A stretch of 64,000 bases of DNA from a virus (taxonomy: Duplodnaviria > Caudoviricetes), in IMG/VR virus record IMGVR_UViG_3300036985_003382, positions 2,166 to 66,165 of that record; one strand, 5' to 3'. Positions 17,301-25,882 of the stretch are shown one piece after another. Made by a program: the position numbers and the translations under genes. Every line of letters starts with the position of its first letter. The stretch's first letter is position 1. The notes beneath the pieces were generated by a model. It saw nothing but the letters and a program-made list of their open reading frames with translations. It was not told the DNA's origin and searched no databases.

Positions 17301-17593
17301 ACGGAAAGATCAGCACAAAAGATGTAAGGGGTCTTGTTACATCATTAGTTTCTAAACTTAGATATAGAACATATGGTGCAGACTTAAAGAAACCATTATT
17401 ACTTGGAGTAAAAGCAGTCGGTGAAGGTGAAGCTGACGTAAAGAAAATTCCAAAAGAAGTTCAAGAAAAAATGATTGAAGAAGCAAAGAAAGAAGGCTTC
17501 AATATCAAAAAGAGTATTAAGGGTGGAATACCGGGATTCTTTAGTGCGATGATTGCAGCTATTATTGCAGAGTGGAATAGCAAGGAAGAGTAA
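11330..17593 (+). CDS. very large (2087 aa) hypothetical protein, probable internal virion protein
   Basis: Uninterrupted ORF; Pro-rich N-terminus, helical composition, hydrophobic C-terminal helix; no enzyme motif recognised. Confidence 0.75.
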   Translation: MASLLSSLVRGTSPVRRPEDETVTPGGVAPAQPPVSIPPTAQPVPQAAPPSRDLASEPLIPSMDVGPAMFDPSKLDFGALFQNALLKSQPSAPTTTVDTAQGPRVLAGSTPAQDITQIKRSDFKIEDISADAKGLGKFLTDSGGGTYKSGLGLIDDMQTWFNKTTRTGMGETPMSPLTAGTTRDELSGDSPLRKLVGYAASLKNSDAPYAKEQAKAYSDAILWLTKSIENNDQRAYTAAKANIDSLTKLNTEDFARSGTRSQFARNGQLVSAYVTGKTIQQAEIDKEAASTPAIQRKVVTSAVFDYVQDRFKDLRTQAESGGEDARRAQRTLDVFGQSFKDIYAPVTEGTRDARLAAFESSPQGRALITDAFDNLSGLGYFNRPKFKSIVDRSKAGDINLTPADIKSIIGETQYKKRLGSTIDVADDLPDDAIQALKLTPDDPQRISGVYRGLTPQGIGALQGFGDTDQPLGEPLRAGQPDAREFDISQNVRSTDTSTGMTITPVTDSKIKTRGELAGAMVSGLGLNTEQAGEIAKRVFTDTTDQQSFINAATVSYDIQDDVLTKIASDAGTIRVANTGGQTTGGRAKSTYALVSDVFAAANDVLPQQTFTESSLTRRQWDLRKRVLNDAASQAQQIEGSGADDAVNVKRFYTSADGKPDFTKPIVPDAKDQVGRIALLKAMIDKAAAPDGAAYRRQLELLARSAVDGQPYTGSINMNPRAFQGLVSLYASRVESAADADKSGKTDSWFQSKFDIKPSELSKVDNRDAFMMKLVTASPSALRTFASSLGAADATVTRGLIPTTTAGQVIDTAAGIPGDIQGGGRKNSKTENQALGNIDRATKIVGGGFESALDAVLKYNDDPSTVDVPHTKKQYGEALLAVFDKTLNESMKGVSFKAGDKAKFNSLREAIRTEIIKQADTEWTAGTVTKDDLNAILKPLASQILGVDAQKTKALPAVDKPEPSVVKDLEAGKSAYDKAKAELGGDLGTKTDIAAELTSDESSKYPAYQAFLGKLKERRLVNYGRITKEVETRQLGITTAGAKLNRLKQEGKINTPEFNTALDAYNKAHDDYNAKRSELDTAFDLVSQPISLDDMDKLINTKELAVIGSASRSEAFTKLREKISNGGWASLTPTERASYYRESLTRYFTSERGNAISPVTRRRLAFRSFIDSPQGANWAPVKLTSEPGANIEKLKEDAYTPSYLTEVTNEKGDVIAHKLNPNISFKYVPKLNKETNRIDSLDIVAEERITGGDNRRTVTKRQFVVTGREVEIMMALNDMKDIKDEFAAIEANVLKLDSVKQKVTDTKQAAKFGLVQDKDSGYKYRDGGSFSQLLQSLVEFENAPSLTKNQETVRAALLAEGEKYLTQIGSKDSINKVVNKYAKRAGAATRMIKFQDVLRERLADRIDAFSKNGRTPNLADLQQDINDYFDGGKIDEVDNDARRTEMAALQKTDVAGILRADKYVEKTFGTNGPLQISAAQNTKGNRAITMPVAKAYDELLQLRNKIDGGDQSPETEFKFLQLRDKFVEHTGKSISDLDRAFTISNVESANNLVTTGGNKQRASGENFGIRFGEYAQRYIPIKTPRPGFETEADFKKFNKKMTVNEKKRVDAEKELGKTLGFDTTNYSTRSSVWTDLNTKWKNSTPNQWDSWISGVPEEVRNRVLEHYTRWSTMGGEGKNDALGNQGQAGWRAIDWAVDGNGNVTPDAKKVLSSITQWASVSRVKFDSNDLKDLSTDILRMYTLENSNTKVTREDLAKFKSPLVRGVLRQRINPGPGITIGDPFTQFINAIDPTPLQGAAQIVAQKQKTALALPQARRVVNQKLKTDADFRSAVNSVLRAEGERYVITDQGKIAKRSYSAKDPVEPKGLSGDDLFKWRVENKQLTYLDYLRYSADVHDTATQPRDFLIDGKTVTVPVRDVKNGPEGMLKFLQKRMSRAEPKSVTNFEAPKSVVALPPNVDPLRPGRQIGFRYQGADYFIGAKEYASLVQDINDGKISTKDVRGLVTSLVSKLRYRTYGADLKKPLLLGVKAVGEGEADVKKIPKEVQEKMIEEAKKEGFNIKKSIKGGIPGFFSAMIAAIIAEWNSKEE

Positions 17594-18160
17594 ATGGAAG
17601 AAAAAGGTTTTTCAAATTTCATTGCCCAAACTTTCAAACGGGCTGTACCTAAATTTAATCCGGGAATGGCTATGGGTGAACTTGGTAGTTATTTATTTAA
17701 TCGGTTACCAGATCAAGCTGATAGATTTACCAGACCCGGACTACGTAATAAAATTAACAGCGCTGTAGGAACAGGTATGGTTGAAATTGCTAACGCAGGA
17801 ACGGATGCAATGTTGCAATCTGCATTAGCTGGCCTTTCATTAACAGCTGCTCCAGAAACAGCTGGTGGAAGTATACTTGCACATCCAGCTACAGCTTATG
17901 TTGCAAACATTGTTAAAGATGCATTGATGTCACAGTATGTTGAGCCAAATTTATATGATCTAGCTGATAATGGAATTAATCTTGGTGGACGCATTCCGTC
18001 TCCACCGGGATATCAAGGATCTTCTTTGCAAGCAGGAGTAAATGCTGCAGACAAAAAGGTAACTGATGTCGCGCAGTTTATTCAACAGCATCATCCTAAA
18101 AATCAAGCTTTAGAACAAGTTAAAAAAGGCACACGTGTAATCAAGAAACTTGTCAAGTAG
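17594..18160 (+). CDS. hypothetical protein
   Basis: Abuts the preceding stop; contains AAPETAGGS as seen in ejection/membrane-insertion proteins. Confidence 0.65.
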   Translation: MEEKGFSNFIAQTFKRAVPKFNPGMAMGELGSYLFNRLPDQADRFTRPGLRNKINSAVGTGMVEIANAGTDAMLQSALAGLSLTAAPETAGGSILAHPATAYVANIVKDALMSQYVEPNLYDLADNGINLGGRIPSPPGYQGSSLQAGVNAADKKVTDVAQFIQQHHPKNQALEQVKKGTRVIKKLVK

Positions 18161-18191
18161 TACCGCACGTAAATAGGTATACAATGTAGTT

Positions 18192-18914
18192 ATGGCAAAT
18201 GAAGAAGACCGCTATGCAATTGTGCGGAATAACGCAAAAGCTAAACTATGTAATGCTAAGTTAGCCGATGGCAGACAGTGCAATGCTATGGCTATTAAAG
18301 ATAAAGATTTCTGTAAGTTTCATGGTGGTAAAAATCCAAGTGGTATTGAATCGCCTGAATTTCGTACAGGATTATGGTCAAACAATCGCAAACGGTTTTC
18401 TACTGTTGCCCCTGAGCTTTTAGAGAAAATAGATCAGTTTAGAAATGATCCAGATTTATATTCTCTCCGGGATGACACTGCATATATAACAGCGATACTT
18501 GATTTAAGAGCAGAGGCTGCATCGCACGGTATTAGCTTAGATCTATACGAACAGTTAAAAGATCAATACTCTGTTTGTAAAATGTCTCCACCTGAAGCAT
18601 TTGATAAGGAGTTTAAAAATTTAGGCCGCTTAATAACATCTGGCATTGATGCTATAAAAGCAAGTGATGACGTTATAGATTTAATTAAAAAGCGAGCTGA
18701 TGTGATTGAAACAGAGCAACGCATGATGCATGCAAAATCTTATACGCTTGAAGTTGACCAAGCATATAGTTTGATAATGCAAGTCTTTGGCGTTGTAAAG
18801 CAAACTGTTCGAGACCCAGATCAGATTAAAGCTATCGCTGAGGGAATAGCCAAGTTACTAAAAATACATCAAGGACAAGAGGAGGACATACTAGATGCAG
18901 AAGTTGTCGATTAA
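18192..18914 (+). CDS. terS: terminase small subunit (HGGxSTG-type zinc motif)
   Basis: C-x9-C-x10-CKFHGG N-terminus; directly upstream of the large terminase. Confidence 0.75.
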   Translation: MANEEDRYAIVRNNAKAKLCNAKLADGRQCNAMAIKDKDFCKFHGGKNPSGIESPEFRTGLWSNNRKRFSTVAPELLEKIDQFRNDPDLYSLRDDTAYITAILDLRAEAASHGISLDLYEQLKDQYSVCKMSPPEAFDKEFKNLGRLITSGIDAIKASDDVIDLIKKRADVIETEQRMMHAKSYTLEVDQAYSLIMQVFGVVKQTVRDPDQIKAIAEGIAKLLKIHQGQEEDILDAEVVD

Positions 18915-20643
18915 TACACGCGCAACACCCAAAGCGTTTAAGAAGTTTGTCCGTCCCGGAAAAGATTTAAGTGCGGCATTACTTGAAGCATTAAGCACCG
19001 AGTTACATGAAGCCGCGTCTACAGGGTCATTTGATGGTGGAACTGCGTATCCTATTAGCGGACATGACTTACCTTATGCAGACTGGTTACGTGTATATGC
19101 CCCTAATGCAGCAAGTTCAAAAATGGGTGAGCACCACATACGTGCATGGAACTGGGCTGAAAGTATAGAGACTGGTAACCCACCACCTGCACTTATTGAG
19201 TGTTGGTTTAGAGGTGGAGGAAAGTCTACTACTATGGAATTAATTTCCAGTAGGTTAGCAGTTAAGGCCTCTAGGAGATTCCTGTTATACGTGTGTGCTA
19301 CGCAAGACGCCGCTAACCGACACGTCAGTGATATAGCAGGAGTAATGGAGCGCTGTGGCATTGAACGAGCAGTAAACCAGTATGGCTTCTCTCGTGGTTG
19401 GAATGCGCAAAAATTGCGAACAGCAAATGGTTTTAATATCTTAGCTTTTGGATTAGATACAGGAGCACGTGGCGTAAAGCTAGATCACCTTCGTCCAGAC
19501 ATGATTATTTTAGATGACATTGATGAATTAGATGATTCCGTCAATGCTGTTGAAAAAAAAATTAGAACTATTACTGCAACTATTCTTCCTGCTAAAAGTA
19601 CAGACTGCGCCATTGTGTTTGTGCAGAATAGAATTCACGCTAACAGTGTTATGTCTAGAGTTCTTTCCGGTGAACTGGATATGTTGCAAGACAGAATTCA
19701 ATCACCAATCATTCCAGCAATTGAAGATCTTATTTACGAACCAGTAGAAAAAGAAGATGGCCGCATGGGATGGAAAATTATTTCGGGCAGAGCTACATGG
19801 GATCACAAAAATCTAGAAGTCTGTCAAAAAGAAATTGATGACTTTGGTTTGATTTCGTTTCTACGTGAGTGCCAGCATGAAGTTGGAGTTGGTGGAATAT
19901 TCTTTCCGCAATTTAAACAGATTGATTCGACAGGTAAACCGTGGCACGTTGTTGATCACATTGAGGTTCAGCCGTGGTGGAGATTCTGGGGAAGCCATGA
20001 CTTTGGTACTGGTGCACCAGCCTGTTTTATCTTGTTTGCATCTGATGAACGTGAGAATGTTTACGTTATAAGTGAATGGTATTACGCTGGAAAAACTAGC
20101 AGCATGCAAGTTGAAGGTGTTTTAGAGTTACTTGCAAAACATAAAATTGCTGAACCTCGTGTCAAGTCAAATTTGCATGGAGCTTATAATACTAAGTTAG
20201 AGGCAATTGCGTTTGACTGGGCAAGCACTTTCCCTCCTGAAAAAGTTGATCAACGAATTGGCGAATATCCTGTTGAGATTTGGTGGGAGCGGGGGCTTCC
20301 TGCCGTACGTGCAGTTAAAGACCGCAAGGCTGGCTGGAGTAGAATTAAAGAATGGTTGATTGCAACAGAGTCAGTTAATGGTGAGGTTAGGCCAAAAATT
20401 GTTATTAATCGCAACACATGTCCTAACTTAATTAAACAGTTAGCGGACACAATGACACACACTAAAGATGGTGATGAGATTGACTCAGGCACACGCAATG
20501 ATCATGCTATCGATAGTTTTAGATATGGACTAATGTGGCGTGAGCATCCAGTGCGTTGCCCGGAAGTTGAAGAGAAAGAACGCAAAAACAAAAATGCAAA
20601 GCCAAACTGGTTGAAGGAAAGGAACCTTGACGAATGGTTGTAA
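18895..20643 (+). CDS. terL: terminase large subunit
   Basis: Walker A FRGGGKST, Walker B IILDDID, RNase H-like HDFG and NDHAIDSFRY. Confidence 0.93.
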   Translation: MQKLSINTRATPKAFKKFVRPGKDLSAALLEALSTELHEAASTGSFDGGTAYPISGHDLPYADWLRVYAPNAASSKMGEHHIRAWNWAESIETGNPPPALIECWFRGGGKSTTMELISSRLAVKASRRFLLYVCATQDAANRHVSDIAGVMERCGIERAVNQYGFSRGWNAQKLRTANGFNILAFGLDTGARGVKLDHLRPDMIILDDIDELDDSVNAVEKKIRTITATILPAKSTDCAIVFVQNRIHANSVMSRVLSGELDMLQDRIQSPIIPAIEDLIYEPVEKEDGRMGWKIISGRATWDHKNLEVCQKEIDDFGLISFLRECQHEVGVGGIFFPQFKQIDSTGKPWHVVDHIEVQPWWRFWGSHDFGTGAPACFILFASDERENVYVISEWYYAGKTSSMQVEGVLELLAKHKIAEPRVKSNLHGAYNTKLEAIAFDWASTFPPEKVDQRIGEYPVEIWWERGLPAVRAVKDRKAGWSRIKEWLIATESVNGEVRPKIVINRNTCPNLIKQLADTMTHTKDGDEIDSGTRNDHAIDSFRYGLMWREHPVRCPEVEEKERKNKNAKPNWLKERNLDEWL

Positions 20644-20774
20644 TAGAAATTATTCAAACAGTTGGTATCTATGGATTAGTTTTTTTAACTTATATATCAT
20701 TAAAGTTACTAAAAGAGATTCGTGACGTAAAGATATACTCTAAAGAGAAGTATGATCGCGAGGGCTGGTTATAA
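20634..20774 (+). CDS. small membrane protein (46 aa), not in ORF track
   Basis: MVVIEIIQTVGIYGLVFLTYISLKLLKE...; fills the terL-portal gap with TAATG coupling. Confidence 0.6.
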   Translation: MVVIEIIQTVGIYGLVFLTYISLKLLKEIRDVKIYSKEKYDREGWL

Positions 20775-23005
20775 TGTACGACATCAGTAAATTGTCAAGT
20801 ATGGTTCGCGGCAACAAGCCAAGGATGTCTGCGTTTGAAAAGCCAGACAGTGCCGGTACTATTGGCGCTGAGCTGTTGAAGGATCCTAGATTAGAGGATA
20901 AATCTAATTTAGATCTTGATATACAACCAAAAGGTTGGAAGGTTACTGAAGATTCTGATCCTGAAGAAGCTCGTAAAATTACAAAGTTTGTTCAGACACA
21001 ATTTGACAGTGCTCAAAAAGCCCGTAACGAAATGGAACTAGAGTGGGCGTTAGCAACAGCTTTTTTTGAAGGAAGACAATGGCTAAGAGTTGCAAGTCAA
21101 GGACGTAACTTAATTAGGTTACAAAATCCAAACGAGCCAAATCGTTATATGACGGTTAATAAAATTCGTCCGTTAATTGATGGAGTTGTTGGCAAGCTAA
21201 CTCAATGTGCTCCTGACGCAACCGCAGTTCCGTTATCAGATAGTCCTTCAGATAGAGCTGCAAGTGATGAGGCAAACTATATTGCTAAACACTACAATAG
21301 AAAATTTCAAAGAGAGACGCAGACAAAAGAGCGTGTGCGTTGGGCATGTGTCTGCGGGACGTCTTATCTAAAAGTGTTTTGGGATAGCCGTCGTTCACAA
21401 GTAGTTCCACAGCTAGACGTTGACGGAGAAACTGTAGTTGGTCATACGGAAATGCGGGTAGGAGATGTAGTTGAGCAAATACTTCCGGCATTTGATGTAT
21501 ATGTTGATCCATCGGCAAAACGAGATGATGATGTTCGTTGGATTATTCATGCAATGATCAAACCACTATCGTGGTTTATAGATTCATATGGTGAAATTGG
21601 AAAAAAAGTAGAGCCTGACGCAATGACAGGACAATACTCTGGTTATGTAGATGCGTATCTTGACGGTGCTAACTCTGGAGGTAGAGGCTGGGTTCCTGCT
21701 GCATCTGCTAATACTACAACATCTGAGCGTAGGAAAAACGCCGCTGTTGTTTATGAGTATTGGGAAAAGCCAACACAATTATATCCAGAAGGTAGATACA
21801 TTGTTTCAACTCAGTCAACACTTCTTTATGCTGGTGTATGGCCATATAAAAAGAAAGATGCATTTCCATTTATTCCATTACGATGGCAACCACGCGCAGG
21901 TACGCCGTATGGATATAGTCTTGGATTTGATTTAGTATCTTTACAAAGTACTTACAATCGCATTTACAGTAGACTACTTGAGCAGTTTGAAGCTCAAAAA
22001 GATTATTTACTAATTGAAAAACTTTCTTCTGTTGGAGCAGATGCTTACGACAAAGAGAGTGACACGGTTGAGGACAAGCACCGCATTTACCGTAAAGTGT
22101 ATTACGATCGTGGAAGTAGACCGCCAGCGGTTCAACGCGCTCCGGGTATTGGCTCAGATCTTTTTCCGCTATTGCAAATGCTTGAAAAAGACATGATGGA
22201 TGTCGCAGGACTTCATGATGTTAGTCAAGGAATGGCACAAGCAGGTACACCTGCTGAGTCAGTACGTTTATTGCAGAAGGCTGACAATACTCAGCATTCA
22301 TATGTTCGAGCTGACATTGAAATTAGTAACGCTCTTATTAAAGAGTGGGAGGTTAGTTTAATTGAACAGTTTGCGATCGTCCCATTTATTGGAAACATCG
22401 AGGGAGGAATGCTCCCCAGAGACCAGATACAGCAGGGCGTTATGCGGTTTGATGCTTTGCGCAATGGCGGTCGGTATCGGATTGTTTATGTACCGGGGTC
22501 CAGTATGGATGAAGGGCCAGACCAAAGATTAAACAAGTATGCCACGCTACGGCAAATGGGTATCTTTGGTGACCCAATGGATCCGGCAACCAATAGGTTG
22601 TTTATTCAGTTGGTCAACATGCCTGAGACAACTAAGATTCTTGACCACTTAGATGAACAAGAGGCCAAGATGGCCGAAGCGCAGCAACAACAAATGATGA
22701 TGCAGCAACAAGCGCAGATGGCACAGCAAGGTGAACAACAACAGATCATGCAGTTCAATATGGAGATTGAACAAGCTAAGGCTAGTATTGAAATACAACT
22801 TGAACAAGCTAAGGCTGGCATTGAGATTGAAAAGATTAAGGCACAAATTGCCGCACAACTTGAGGCAGACATTGCACTTGAAACTGCAAAGGCTGGACTT
22901 GAGGCGCAATCCAATGAGGATTACGCAATGGTTGATATTGGAAAACAGTTTGCTATGAATGATTTCGGCAGTGCATCTGGCACTGATCAAATTGAAGGAG
23001 TATAG
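20774..23005 (+). CDS. portal protein (P22-like, long C-terminal coiled-coil)
   Basis: Follows terL; F..G.QW, NKIRP; Q-rich helical C-terminus. Confidence 0.88.
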   Translation: MYDISKLSSMVRGNKPRMSAFEKPDSAGTIGAELLKDPRLEDKSNLDLDIQPKGWKVTEDSDPEEARKITKFVQTQFDSAQKARNEMELEWALATAFFEGRQWLRVASQGRNLIRLQNPNEPNRYMTVNKIRPLIDGVVGKLTQCAPDATAVPLSDSPSDRAASDEANYIAKHYNRKFQRETQTKERVRWACVCGTSYLKVFWDSRRSQVVPQLDVDGETVVGHTEMRVGDVVEQILPAFDVYVDPSAKRDDDVRWIIHAMIKPLSWFIDSYGEIGKKVEPDAMTGQYSGYVDAYLDGANSGGRGWVPAASANTTTSERRKNAAVVYEYWEKPTQLYPEGRYIVSTQSTLLYAGVWPYKKKDAFPFIPLRWQPRAGTPYGYSLGFDLVSLQSTYNRIYSRLLEQFEAQKDYLLIEKLSSVGADAYDKESDTVEDKHRIYRKVYYDRGSRPPAVQRAPGIGSDLFPLLQMLEKDMMDVAGLHDVSQGMAQAGTPAESVRLLQKADNTQHSYVRADIEISNALIKEWEVSLIEQFAIVPFIGNIEGGMLPRDQIQQGVMRFDALRNGGRYRIVYVPGSSMDEGPDQRLNKYATLRQMGIFGDPMDPATNRLFIQLVNMPETTKILDHLDEQEAKMAEAQQQQMMMQQQAQMAQQGEQQQIMQFNMEIEQAKASIEIQLEQAKAGIEIEKIKAQIAAQLEADIALETAKAGLEAQSNEDYAMVDIGKQFAMNDFGSASGTDQIEGV

Positions 23006-23009
23006 TTAA

Positions 23010-23891
23010 ATGTCTGAAGAGATGGTGATGCGCACCTCGGACTCACCAGCCGAGGCACCAGACACGCGGGGTTTTTCTCAGTTGCTTGTAGATAGTACTT
23101 CATACGCCAATGAAGATAATGGTGCACCGGCGTTAAATAGCACAGAAGAAACAGGTGATGTACAAGACTTTTCTTGGCTAGATGATCTAGTAGATACTAC
23201 CCCCGATCCACAAGATGCAGTTAGGCAGCGTTTAGCAGAAACATTATCGGCTCAGCATACTCCGGAAAACGTCCCTTACGACCGATTTCGTGAAGTCAAT
23301 GAGCAAGCAAAAGCTGCTAAAGAACAAGCTTCTAACTATGAAAAATGGGCAGAGATTATTACTGCTCTTGAAGCCGATGGATATAAATCCGGCCAAGATT
23401 TAAAAGATGCTTGGGCAAGGCAACAAGAAGCAGCTAATGAAACTCAAATCCGTCAAAAGTATGTTGAGATGGCACAGGCCAACATCATGTCTAATGACGC
23501 AGCCCAAGTATCAGCCGATCTTGAAATTCAACGCATGAAGTACGATCAGCTGGTTTCCCAAGTGGAAGCCGCTAATCGTGTCCAGAAAATGGATCAAGCT
23601 TATAAAGATTTTCCTTATGCACGACGTGGTGAACGAATTGTAAATAATTTAGTTCAACGTGGTATGGATCCTTTAGAAGCTGCCTCATATGTACATGAAG
23701 AAATTTCAAACATGGCAGAATCGCTTGTTCCAGAATTAGCTTCATTATTTGAAGCACAGCAACGAGCACCAATTCCAATTGATACGTCGCAGTCAGCTCA
23801 ACCATTAGTGCAAGACACTACTCCAACTCGTGGAGCTAGTGGAATTTTCTCAAGGCTAATGGGTATTAGTAAAAATTCATTTGGTGTATAG
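23010..23891 (+). CDS. capsid scaffolding protein
   Basis: Between portal and MCP; acidic N-terminus, VPYDRFREVN motif, coiled-coil. Confidence 0.8.
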   Translation: MSEEMVMRTSDSPAEAPDTRGFSQLLVDSTSYANEDNGAPALNSTEETGDVQDFSWLDDLVDTTPDPQDAVRQRLAETLSAQHTPENVPYDRFREVNEQAKAAKEQASNYEKWAEIITALEADGYKSGQDLKDAWARQQEAANETQIRQKYVEMAQANIMSNDAAQVSADLEIQRMKYDQLVSQVEAANRVQKMDQAYKDFPYARRGERIVNNLVQRGMDPLEAASYVHEEISNMAESLVPELASLFEAQQRAPIPIDTSQSAQPLVQDTTPTRGASGIFSRLMGISKNSFGV

Positions 23892-23901
23892 GAGATAAGA
23901 A

Positions 23902-24969
23902 ATGGCTATTGATTTTAATGGCGCTCTTACATTAGCAGATCAGGCGATTTTATCTAATGATCCGCTTGTGAAAGAGATCACAAAGAGTTTGCATCAAACG
24001 TGGAATGCTGTAAAGGATATTCCTTTTTACACATCTCCATCGCTTCGACAGATTGGTATGCGCTATACCAATAGTGGTATCCCTCTTCCAAACTGGACTG
24101 GAATCAACTCTGAGCCAACCGCAGTTAAGGGTAAGCCAAAGCAGTATGAAGAGCAGATGTTCCTCCTGCGTAACAAGATTACTATTGATAAGGTTTTACT
24201 TGAACAGCCTAACAATATTATTGATCCTGTAGACGCTCAGGTGCAGATGTTCTTAGAAGGATTTAGTTACGATTTTAATGACAAGTTCATTAATAACGAC
24301 CCAACTAGTTCTGCACCGGGTAACTCACCTGACTGTTTCCCCGGACTTAAGTATCGTTTAAACAACGCAGCACAGTTTGACATGGCTACCGACATGACAA
24401 TCAATGCTGCATCAAACATGTCTCTTGCTAACTTACTTGCAACAACTTCAGCTACGGCTGGATCTGGTGCAGCCAATAGATTTATGTTTGACGTCCAGAA
24501 TTTATTTGACAACATGAATGCACCAGATGGTGATGGCATCGTCTTGTATGTTTCGGAGCAGGGCAAGAGAATCATTGAAGCAGCCATTCGTGTAATGGGT
24601 ATTGGTAGTGGTTTTGATATTACGCAGGACAACTACGACCGCCCAGTAGAAATGTACAAGAATGCCAAGATTCGTGTTGTTGGACGTAAATCTGATGGTC
24701 TGACATCTGTCATTCCAAACGATGTTGCAATTGCCTCAACCCTTTTGTCTGATGGCACCACTGCTGCATTAACCGGTACAACTACTATGTATGCAGTTCG
24801 TTACGGAACTGGATACGTGCAAGGATGGCAGCCTAAGCCATTTAAGCCTGAGAACCTTGGTCGATCGCAAGAAAACGGAATTATGCATAACATCCTGTTT
24901 GAATGGGGATGTGGTCTTTGGATTCCTCACACTCGTGCAATCGGCAGACTTAATTTCAAGGTCAATTAA
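23902..24969 (+). CDS. major capsid protein
   Basis: 355 aa after scaffold; LTLAD start, FPGLKYRL, C-terminal WGCGL....RAIGRL typical of HK97-fold MCPs. Confidence 0.87.
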   Translation: MAIDFNGALTLADQAILSNDPLVKEITKSLHQTWNAVKDIPFYTSPSLRQIGMRYTNSGIPLPNWTGINSEPTAVKGKPKQYEEQMFLLRNKITIDKVLLEQPNNIIDPVDAQVQMFLEGFSYDFNDKFINNDPTSSAPGNSPDCFPGLKYRLNNAAQFDMATDMTINAASNMSLANLLATTSATAGSGAANRFMFDVQNLFDNMNAPDGDGIVLYVSEQGKRIIEAAIRVMGIGSGFDITQDNYDRPVEMYKNAKIRVVGRKSDGLTSVIPNDVAIASTLLSDGTTAALTGTTTMYAVRYGTGYVQGWQPKPFKPENLGRSQENGIMHNILFEWGCGLWIPHTRAIGRLNFKVN

Positions 24970-24983
24970 TAAGGAGATAGATT

Positions 24984-25877
24984 ATGGCTAGAGATTTTAA
25001 GACATCATTCCGATTTGGTACAGGCGTGTTAGGCGCTTCCGCTGGAAACGTACAAGCTCCGGGTACTAACATCACGGCATTTGGAACATCATTTGCAGGT
25101 CTTACTGGGACAGCAGCATCTACAACTAATGCTGTTTCCGGTCAGTTAATTTCCTGTCCGATGGCTTGGGGTGGTTTCACTCAAACAGCTAATCCAAATG
25201 GACCTGCTTATGCTGAGGACGTTGCAAACGGAGGTTCAGTTCTTCCGGGCCATACAAGTCGTAATGATTTGTACGTCATGGTTGACGTAGTAGTAGCAAC
25301 AACACTTGTTACTGCTCAGACGTTTGTTGTACAAGCATCTGACGATTCTGTAAGCTGGGTAACAATTGGAACTGGTGATATTACCGTACCGGTAACTAAC
25401 CCGTCTAATGGTACCGTTGCATTAACTATTGCTGCTGGTACGTTTAACGTACTAACGGCAAGTGCTGCACACGGATTACAACCGGGAGATTTGCTTGTAG
25501 TTACTTCAGTTACTACTTGTAACTTAAGTAATGGACATGAAAACGTATTAGCTGTAGCTGGTAATGTGGTTGAAGTTAATACAGTGCCTTCTACAACTAC
25601 ATTTACAATTAAGTATCCGGGTTCGGCGGGGACAACACTTAAGAGTAACTCGTATGTTCTTAGTACTTTGCAAGTTATTGCAAGTGGCACACCAGCGCTC
25701 ACATTTACAAAGACCTCAACAAGTGGAGCAAGTGTAGGGGCACAGGTGCAAATTGCATTAGCTCCATCTGCAAAGCCTTATATCCGTTTGGCGGCTTTTG
25801 GTGGCGCTAGTGCTGCTGGTATTGCAGTAATCCGTGACGCATACCTCGCGATTGCTCGTACAGGCGTAGCTAGGTAA
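24984..25877 (+). CDS. capsid decoration or minor structural protein
   Basis: Strong RBS after MCP; beta-rich; AHGLQPGD small beta-domain motif. Confidence 0.6.
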   Translation: MARDFKTSFRFGTGVLGASAGNVQAPGTNITAFGTSFAGLTGTAASTTNAVSGQLISCPMAWGGFTQTANPNGPAYAEDVANGGSVLPGHTSRNDLYVMVDVVVATTLVTAQTFVVQASDDSVSWVTIGTGDITVPVTNPSNGTVALTIAAGTFNVLTASAAHGLQPGDLLVVTSVTTCNLSNGHENVLAVAGNVVEVNTVPSTTTFTIKYPGSAGTTLKSNSYVLSTLQVIASGTPALTFTKTSTSGASVGAQVQIALAPSAKPYIRLAAFGGASAAGIAVIRDAYLAIARTGVAR

Positions 25878-25882
25878 CTAAC

